A DNA stretch of 64,000 nt from an uncultured bacterium (GTDB lineage Bacteria; Krumholzibacteriota; Krumholzibacteriia; JACNKJ01): the NCBI GenBank assembly GCA_963695095.1, contig CAVOFT010000001.1, forward strand, positions 3,520,001 to 3,584,000, in the 5' to 3' direction. Under the pieces are notes generated by a model. It was given only the letters and a program-made list of their open reading frames with translations. It was not told where the DNA came from and did not search any database. The first letter of the stretch is position 1. Every line of letters starts with the position of its first letter. Positions 63,909-64,000 of this stretch are shown one piece after another. The position numbers and the translations under genes were made by a program.

Positions 63909-64000
63909 GCAGGCCTCCACGCGGCGGGGGGGGCTGGGGTGGGCAGCGATGGGCCACACTGCGGTGGCGCTCGGCGCCGTGGGCGATTTACACCAAGGGG

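Noticed and set aside
61507..63957. Apparent TrpD-TrpC-TrpF triple fusion
   Set aside because: trpD is in another frame with its own stop at 62889; only trpC-trpF is fused
63909..64000. trp attenuator or leader peptide upstream of trpD
   Set aside because: No tandem Trp codons or U-tailed hairpin in the 92 nt available; the window ends here

Overview
High-GC bacterial DNA. FlgD-Ig/T9SS-like C-terminal domains, SWGxIKxLY-type tails, tol-pal and the futalosine pathway suggest an FCB-group candidate lineage such as Krumholzibacteriota or Latescibacterota (inference). From left to right: secreted S8 protease, mutM, glutamine synthetase, an HNH nuclease flanked by two CACGTG-core palindromes, TerC and pepT. 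Next comes an accessory block (~8.2-21.8 kb) holding an operon of ECF sigma, anti-sigma, Spy-like, CotH kinase, Spy-like, HlyD, VTC polyphosphate polymerase and DUF4956 genes, then an IS481 relic, a second CotH, and a ferredoxin / membrane anchor / Tat-flavoprotein module. Then: the ubiX-ubiA-mqnA-deaminase operon, an uncharacterised four-gene membrane operon (DUF6754-like), hisC, a matrixin protease, phoBR-pstSCAB-phoU with visible 11-bp Pho-box repeats, polysaccharide genes interleaved with enterobacterial-type trpA and trpB, a heparinase-like protein, tolQRAB-pal-cpoB, trpCF and trpD. Many single-base frameshifts look like sequencing errors. No rRNA, tRNA or CRISPR array was seen. The best candidates for an undescribed system are the VTC/DUF4956/CotH operon and the DUF6754 operon. 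All family assignments come from motif recognition, not database searches.
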